Source: Deinococcota bacterium (GTDB taxonomy: Bacteria > Deinococcota > Deinococci > Deinococcales > Thermaceae). From it: a stretch of DNA of 64,000 bases. The notes under the pieces are model-generated. The model was not told the origin of the DNA, did no database searches, and saw only the letters and a list, made by a program, of their open reading frames with translations. The position numbers were made by a program, and so were the translations under genes. Of this stretch, positions 58,147 through 64,000 are shown one piece after another (within the stretch, counting starts at the first letter, position 1; each line of letters begins with the position of its first letter). Location: positions 61,647 to 125,646 of the forward strand of contig JBGFRI010000037.1 of the NCBI GenBank assembly GCA_041695225.1, given 5' to 3'.

Positions 58147-60692
58147 ACCTTCCTGATGCGAACCGAAGAGTTGTTGGCCCCGGCGCCGGTTATCGGTTCG
58201 ATATGCCCTTTGGCAAACCAGTGGGGGTTTAGGCCCTGGCTGAGGAAGCGGAAGCGCTCATCCTCGGCCACCTTGCGCTGGCGGTAGCCGCCCGAGTAGT
58301 TGTTGAGGTAGAGCACCCCTGGTCTGACCCGGGGCGTGACCCGCGCCTGGGCCCGGGCCCGCCAGCCGGTGTCGAGCCCCTCGACCTCGATCTGGTCGCC
58401 ATCGGCCAGCTGAAGCCGCGTAGCATCCTCCGGGTTAAACCAGACTGCCTGACAGGTAAAGAACCTGGCCGGGAACGAGAGCCCGGAGGTACCGGAACCG
58501 CTGACCAGGTTCTTGCCGTTGACCAGAATAAACTCGTTGGCTTCGCGGGGCGCGGTGAAGGCGGGCGGGGGGAAGTACTGGGCAAAACCGTGGGGCCTGA
58601 AGCCGCGCAACACCGGGCGCAGGGCATAGATCTCGAACCGGCCGCTAGGAGAGTCGAAGCCCCTGACATAAGGTATCTGGTAGTAGCGCTGCCCCCGCAG
58701 GACCTTGAACCCCTTGTTGCGCAGCTCTTCCCTTAGCGCTGCCGGGTCAAGGTTCCACGCGGCAGCCAGTCCATCAATGCGCTTTTCCCGAATGGGGCGG
58801 GAGAACTCCCGCCGGAAGACTGCCAGATCGGCGAAGCGCTGGTCATAGCCCACCAGGGCGGCCCGCTCGGGGTAGGCCCGCCGCAGAATTTCCAGCAGGA
58901 TCCAGGTGTCGGGCCGGGCCTCGACCCCGGGTGGCGGAGTAGTGACGCGTTCTGCCGAGGATACCGCAGCGGTCATGGTCCAGGAGATCGAGGCCAGCCT
59001 GCCGCGCTCGAGGTAGGTCTCGGCCGGCAGCACATAATCCGACCAGTCGGTGAGCTCCTGGGCCAAAATTTCGTTGGTAACGATCAGATCGAGCTTTTTC
59101 AGCGCCTCTTCCACCCGCTTGGTATTCGGATCGCGCTGGAAGATGGTAGACCCCACGGTAAACAAGGCCTTGATGGGGTAGGGCTGGCCGGTGATTATGG
59201 TTTCAAGCACCACGTCGAAGGTTCCGTTGGCCTCGGGGTACTTGAGCTCGTCAACCCTGCGGATCTCCTCCATCACGAAGCTGTGTCCCAGGATGGTGGT
59301 AACCCTACCTTCCCGGTCGCGCGATATCGGCGCTGGAAGGCGGGCCCCCGGTCGGAAGCAGAGGCCGCCAGGCCGGTCGAAGTTGCCCAGCAGGGCGTTG
59401 ACCGTCATCAGGGCCATAACCGCGTCGGTGTCGTTGCCGTTGCGGGTGTTGTACCAGGTGTCTTCTACCACGCCCTTCATGGTGTGCAGCTCGCGGGCGA
59501 TGCGGGTTACGGTATCGGCCGGAAGCCGGGTAATTTCCGCTACCCGCTCTGGTGTGTAGTCTTCCAGGTGTTCGACAAAGAGGTTGAAAGCGGTGCTAAC
59601 CCGCAAGCGCCGCCCATCGGCCAGGGTTACCTCGCCGGTGTACTCGAGGTCGCCGCTCACACCCTCATCGTTGTGGTAGGCCAGCTCGCCCCGATGCCTG
59701 AGGGCAAACCGCTCAGCGCTGCCCCCCGCCCGGAGGTCGGCCTCGGTAAGCGGTCTGCCATCGGGCTTAATCAAGAACGGCAGGTTGCTGTAGCGCGACA
59801 AAAACTCCCGGTCTATGCGGTTTTCGCGGATGAGCACCCGGCACAGGCCCAGCATAAAGGCCGCGTCGGTACCCGGGTAGCAGGCCAGCCATTCGCTATC
59901 GGCAAAGGCATTGTCGGGCATGGCCGGGTTCAAAAAGACCACCTTTGCGCCGTGCTCGCGGGCCCGGGCGATCCGGTGTACCACGCCCATGGGCGCCGAC
60001 AGAGCCCGGCCCGGCAGCAGCACGTAGCGCACGTGGTCGTAGTCCGGGTCTACCAGCGAGTGATGGCTAAATGGCTCGCCCATCATCCACCGGCGGGCAA
60101 CTATTCCAGAGGTGTTGCAGGTGCTGTGATGCTGCACCACGTTAGGCGAGCCGAGTGGCCATGCTATCCAGTTCAGGGGCGTCAGAAAGTCTTTGGTGGT
60201 GAAGGCCACCGAACGTGGGCCGTAGGCATCCACAATGGCTTTGAGTCTGGCGGCAATCTCGTCCAGGGCCTGGTCCCAGGTTATCTCTTCGAAACGGCCC
60301 TCGCCCCTTTCGCCCACCCGCTTGAGGGGCTTGCGTATGCGTAAAGGGCTGTCCCAGTTGTACAGGGTATTTGATCCCTTCCCGCAGATGCCGCGCATGG
60401 GGTGATCGGGGTGCTGGTTGGGGAAAAGCAGTATGCTCTCTGCACCCGGAGGCGCATCCTCTTTGACCAGCGCCGTGAGGCCGCAAAACCCGCCGCACAT
60501 GTGACAGTCGGTGTGTACAACTCTAAACCCCGCTGCCTTGGCCGCCTCGAGGTCGAGCCCATCGGGGCCCCAGAACTGCGCCCAGACAGCGTTGCCTAGG
60601 GCCAGGCCGCCGACTGCCGCGGCGGAACCCAACAAAAAGTTTCGCCGGGCCACGCCTTTACTGGTTTTTTCAACTACGTTAGATTCGCTCAC
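58143..60692 (-). CDS. psrA: Mo-bisPGD catalytic subunit, polysulfide/thiosulfate reductase family
   Basis: Tat ARRNFL; CHMCGGFC...CGKG FS0 motif; PLKRVGERGEG; HSTC (putative Mo-ligating Cys); DYVLPA..YLER. Substrate cannot be proven from sequence. Confidence 0.85.
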   Translation of the reverse strand: MSESNVVEKTSKGVARRNFLLGSAAAVGGLALGNAVWAQFWGPDGLDLEAAKAAGFRVVHTDCHMCGGFCGLTALVKEDAPPGAESILLFPNQHPDHPMRGICGKGSNTLYNWDSPLRIRKPLKRVGERGEGRFEEITWDQALDEIAARLKAIVDAYGPRSVAFTTKDFLTPLNWIAWPLGSPNVVQHHSTCNTSGIVARRWMMGEPFSHHSLVDPDYDHVRYVLLPGRALSAPMGVVHRIARAREHGAKVVFLNPAMPDNAFADSEWLACYPGTDAAFMLGLCRVLIRENRIDREFLSRYSNLPFLIKPDGRPLTEADLRAGGSAERFALRHRGELAYHNDEGVSGDLEYTGEVTLADGRRLRVSTAFNLFVEHLEDYTPERVAEITRLPADTVTRIARELHTMKGVVEDTWYNTRNGNDTDAVMALMTVNALLGNFDRPGGLCFRPGARLPAPISRDREGRVTTILGHSFVMEEIRRVDELKYPEANGTFDVVLETIITGQPYPIKALFTVGSTIFQRDPNTKRVEEALKKLDLIVTNEILAQELTDWSDYVLPAETYLERGRLASISWTMTAAVSSAERVTTPPPGVEARPDTWILLEILRRAYPERAALVGYDQRFADLAVFRREFSRPIREKRIDGLAAAWNLDPAALREELRNKGFKVLRGQRYYQIPYVRGFDSPSGRFEIYALRPVLRGFRPHGFAQYFPPPAFTAPREANEFILVNGKNLVSGSGTSGLSFPARFFTCQAVWFNPEDATRLQLADGDQIEVEGLDTGWRARAQARVTPRVRPGVLYLNNYSGGYRQRKVAEDERFRFLSQGLNPHWFAKGHIEPITGAGANNSSVRIRKV

Positions 60693-60800
60693 AAAGGCTT
60701 TCTCCTTTCTATGACAGTTTCTACAAACTTCCTACCGTCCGCCTTGCTTCTTTGGGTCACCCCCTCGTGTGGCCTGTCCGGGCCTGGCTGTATCTGCTAG

Positions 60801-60818
60801 CCGTGAAATAGTTCACTA
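60801..60818. promoter_or_regulatory. Rex-like operator upstream of psrA
   Basis: ccGTGAA-atag-TTCACta versus Rex consensus TTGTGAAnnnnTTCACAA; about 110 bp upstream of the psrA start. Confidence 0.6.
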
Positions 60819-61029
60819 AGCGATAGTCAGAGGCCCTAAAGCCACGAATAACTTCCTAGGTATAACCTCAGGCCCATTCAGGCCTGGAACGGCGAAATAT
60901 CTAAATACAATTTATTGTCGAGAAGCAGGGGTAACCAGGGTGTTTTGTCCCGAAAATCTCAAGCTAACCGCATTGCAGTACGGGAGGCCCTCTAAGGCTC
61001 TAAGCTGCTGGGCATCCCTTCCTATTCAA

Positions 61030-61194
61030 GAGTTGCCCATCCGTCCCGAAGGACCCCGGAGCATGGAGCGGGGGGCTGACGCTTCATAAAAGATGTCGCA
61101 GGTCGCAGGTCGCACGTCGAGGGTCAAAAGCTAGTCGAGGGTCGAGGGTCAAAAGCTATCGGCTATGGACTATTGACTATCGACTCATTGAATG
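61030..61194 (+). repeat. Composite dispersed element, copy C
   Basis: Same head; shares the GGCTATGGACTATTGACTATCGACTCATTGAATG module with copy B. Confidence 0.9.
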
Positions 61195-61261
61195 ATGAAC
61201 CGTCCGGTACAGTCTACCTACTCTCACTCACGCTTCACGCCCTTCGCATATGGTTGGCAAC

Positions 61262-63769
61262 ATGAAGCGATTATTGGCCCTGGTTATGCTGCTGGGAATG
61301 GCCCTGGCGGCCCCCATCGAAGAGATTGAGGTGCGAGGCGCCGACCCCGTGCTGGCGGCCCTGGTGCGTATATCACTGCCCTTTGCTGTCGGCGACCAGC
61401 CCGGCGATCTGGAGCAGGCCAGGGCAGCAGTACTGGCGACGGGCTATTTCCGCGAGGCCAGGGTTAGCCTGGTAGGCCGCAGGATAGTGGTCGAAGTTAC
61501 CACCAACCCCAGCATCGTCAGGGTGACGGTGGCTACCCGGGCCTTTCCCGAGGCCAGTGTGCTGCGTTATCTGGAGACCGAACACGCCATTGGGGCAGGC
61601 TCGGTGTTTAACCCCAGGAAGGCTACCGAGGCCGCCCGGTCCCTGGCGCGAATTTACCGCAACGAAGGCTTTCCCTTTGAACCCCGAATAACCACCGAGG
61701 CCCGGGATGTGCCCGGTGGGGTAGAACTCCACTTCGCGGTGGATGAGAGTCCAGAGATCAGGTCGGTGGAGGTTGGCGCCGCAACCTACGTGCCTCGTGA
61801 ACGCCTCGAGCCACTTTTCCAGCCGGTGTTGGAGGGTGGGCGCTTTTCTTTCGATCGTTTTCGCGATGCCGTGGGGCGTACTGCCGACGTATATGCCGCT
61901 GCGGGTTTCCGCGGCAGTGGGGTAGACCTGGCCCGTACTAGCCTGGTAGACGGCGTGCTGCGGGTGGCCTTTGTAGAGCTCAAGATTGCCGAGGTTAACG
62001 CTTTAGGGGTAGATATCGCCCCGCTTGGGCTCAGGGTGGGCGATCCGTTCAACGTAGACCGGATTCTGGATGGGATAAATAACCTGTCTCGAGCCATCGG
62101 CCGGATAATTGACTTCAGACCCGAGCGGGTTGGTCAGGATGGAGTACGCCTGAGTTTTCGGGTAGGTGAACAGCGCTTTGGGACCATTCGCGAGGTGCGC
62201 ATCGAAGGTAATACCGCCATTCCTACCGAAAGGCTGCTGGCCAGGCTCCGGCTCAAACCGGGGGACGAGTACAACCCCGCCCTGGCCGCCGAAGACTTTG
62301 CCCGAATCCTGCGTGAATACCGCGATGCTGGCTTCGACTTAGTCGGTCAGCCAGAGTTCACTTTCCAAGATGGGGTCTATGTGCAGCGTTTGCGTGAGCT
62401 GCGCATTGCTGGCTATCGCATCGAGCCCCCCCTGACCCGTACTGATCCCAGCGTGTTTTTACGCGAAATGCCCCCGGTGGGTAGTCTGTTTTCGGTAACG
62501 GCCCTGAGACAGGGTATCACCAATATCCTGCGTACCGGCCTAGTGCGGGAGCCTCCGCTGGTGCGGCCACAGCCGGGAGAAAGACCCGAAGACGTGATCC
62601 TGGTCCTGAGCTTCAGCGAAGCCCGGACCGGCGCCTTCATCCCCGCAATTTCCTGGAGCAGCCTGACCGGCTGGGAGGGCAGCATTGCGGTCAGTGACAC
62701 CAATCTGTGGGGCCTGGCTCACCAGTACAACGTAAGCCTGGGCATAAACCCCAACGACGCTGGAGAGTTCATGACCTTCAGCGCCTCTTACCGCATTCCC
62801 TGGATCTACGACGATTTTGCCGACCTGCGGGAGGTGCGTACCTCGTTTGGCATTAACATTTACAGCCAGCCGCAGGCCAATATCAACTTTCCCATCGAGC
62901 AAGACGTCGGTGGAGGAGTTTTCAGAACCTCAGTCTGGCAGTACACCCTGCGCAGAACCGGTATCAACTTTTCCGTCGCCCGCCCCCTTAGCCGCGACTT
63001 CCCCAACCTGAGGCTTTCCGCCGGTCTGGGCTGGGAGTGGAGCAGGCCGGTACTGGAAGCTGCCGACCCAAACCGGCCCCGCTGCGAGGATCCGCATGCT
63101 GGTGACCCTGCCTGTAATGCTGCACTGCTAGCTGATGCACAAACTAGGTTTGCTGCGAGTATTCGAGAATTCCAGGCCATTAACTTGAGTCTGGGGGGTA
63201 CCTATACTACCCTGAATGACCCCGTTTTCCCCACCCAGGGCTTTGCGATTAACCTTAACACTGGCTACGGAATCACCTTTCCCGTCGGCGCCCCGGCTAC
63301 CCAGTACGTACCCGTGGTGGTGACTGGCCGAAACTTTTTTCAGCTCGACCAGGAGGCCAGACATGCCCTTGGTCTGCGGCTATCTTTTGGCACCATACTG
63401 GGAACTGCGCAGGACGCCCAGAAGTTTAGCCTGGGTGGCAACAGCACCGACATCAGCATGCTGCGCGGCTATGACCTCCGCTTTCTGGATAAGGGAACCA
63501 CCGTGCTCAATGGCACCATCGAGTATGGCTACGACTTCGGCCTGAGCCCTGCTGGCGGTACCAACCTGTTTGGCTTTGTGTTTACCGATTTTGGCCGTTT
63601 GTGGCCTGCACCCCCAGAAAGAGATGCATTTTTTGTGGGGGCCGGAGTTGGTTTGCAGCTCAACCTCGATCTGATGGGGGCGATGTTACCTCCTATCCGC
63701 CTGGACTATGGCTTTAGCGCGGTTAACCCCACTGGGCGCTTTGCCTTGCGACTGGGTATAGGCTTCTAA
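61262..63769 (+). CDS. bamA: Omp85/BamA family outer-membrane assembly protein
   Basis: Signal peptide, POTRA repeats (IEGNTAIP..L), DTNLWG, LRGY motif, terminal Phe. Confidence 0.9.
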   Translation: MKRLLALVMLLGMALAAPIEEIEVRGADPVLAALVRISLPFAVGDQPGDLEQARAAVLATGYFREARVSLVGRRIVVEVTTNPSIVRVTVATRAFPEASVLRYLETEHAIGAGSVFNPRKATEAARSLARIYRNEGFPFEPRITTEARDVPGGVELHFAVDESPEIRSVEVGAATYVPRERLEPLFQPVLEGGRFSFDRFRDAVGRTADVYAAAGFRGSGVDLARTSLVDGVLRVAFVELKIAEVNALGVDIAPLGLRVGDPFNVDRILDGINNLSRAIGRIIDFRPERVGQDGVRLSFRVGEQRFGTIREVRIEGNTAIPTERLLARLRLKPGDEYNPALAAEDFARILREYRDAGFDLVGQPEFTFQDGVYVQRLRELRIAGYRIEPPLTRTDPSVFLREMPPVGSLFSVTALRQGITNILRTGLVREPPLVRPQPGERPEDVILVLSFSEARTGAFIPAISWSSLTGWEGSIAVSDTNLWGLAHQYNVSLGINPNDAGEFMTFSASYRIPWIYDDFADLREVRTSFGINIYSQPQANINFPIEQDVGGGVFRTSVWQYTLRRTGINFSVARPLSRDFPNLRLSAGLGWEWSRPVLEAADPNRPRCEDPHAGDPACNAALLADAQTRFAASIREFQAINLSLGGTYTTLNDPVFPTQGFAINLNTGYGITFPVGAPATQYVPVVVTGRNFFQLDQEARHALGLRLSFGTILGTAQDAQKFSLGGNSTDISMLRGYDLRFLDKGTTVLNGTIEYGYDFGLSPAGGTNLFGFVFTDFGRLWPAPPERDAFFVGAGVGLQLNLDLMGAMLPPIRLDYGFSAVNPTGRFALRLGIGF

Positions 63770-63881
63770 GATACTAGTATAGCGTTCACAAAATAACGTT
63801 CGATGATTAGACCATAACCTCATCAAGCTTGTATTTCCACTTGAACACTACCGGAGCAGCATTGACCTCGTCGAGATATTG

Positions 63882-64000
63882 TGAGGTGGACCCCTCTGTC
63901 AAGACAGAATTCTGGCCTGGTCTAAGCGACACTCCCTCCCTTCCATTAGTATTGCATGAGGCTTGGTTTGGACGTTCTGGATGACCGGCTGGGTTGAACC
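63882..64000. mobile_element. Probable end of an IS3-family element (continues beyond the window)
   Basis: TGAGGTGGACCCCTCTGTCAAGACA resembles IS3/IS150-type terminal inverted repeats (TGA..TG.ACCCC....GT.AGACA). No transposase is visible inside the window. Confidence 0.45.

Noticed and set aside
63773..63792. Second Rex site after bamA (TTCACAA)
   Set aside because: Only a half-site matches.

Overview
High-GC bacterial chromosome segment; gene content and many leaderless-type promoters point to Deinococcota, probably a Meiothermus-like member of Thermales (inference, no search run). Left to right: (1) ~1-1120, a decayed integron (intI 5' remnant, attI-like site, attC, one small cassette ORF, a VapBC pair running off the window); (2) the minus-strand dcw cluster mraZ-rsmH-ftsL-ftsI-murF-hyp-mraY-murD-ftsW-murG-murC-murB-ftsQ-ftsA-ftsZ followed by ruvC; (3) an HNH nuclease and housekeeping genes (CDGSH, CBS, recJ, hisA, arginase, cysK, YceD, psuG, RodZ-like, secDF, infB-ylxR-nusA-rimP); (4) an accessory island (~38.6-47.1 kb) with a REP-flanked RAYT remnant, two lipoproteins with Ig-like domains and six-bladed NHL propellers whose blades are near-identical in DNA but hypervariable at fixed positions, a 64-aa partner ORF and a BTAD/ATPase/TPR regulator; (5) a membrane-bound [NiFe]-hydrogenase operon (hypD/hypE not in the window) convergent on a psrABC-like operon with a Rex-like operator; (6) bamA/Omp85 and a probable IS3-family end. 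Intergenic spaces carry many modular 7-bp tandem arrays and several palindromic or MITE-like families. No rRNA, tRNA or CRISPR array was recognised. All family assignments come from reading motifs, not from database hits.
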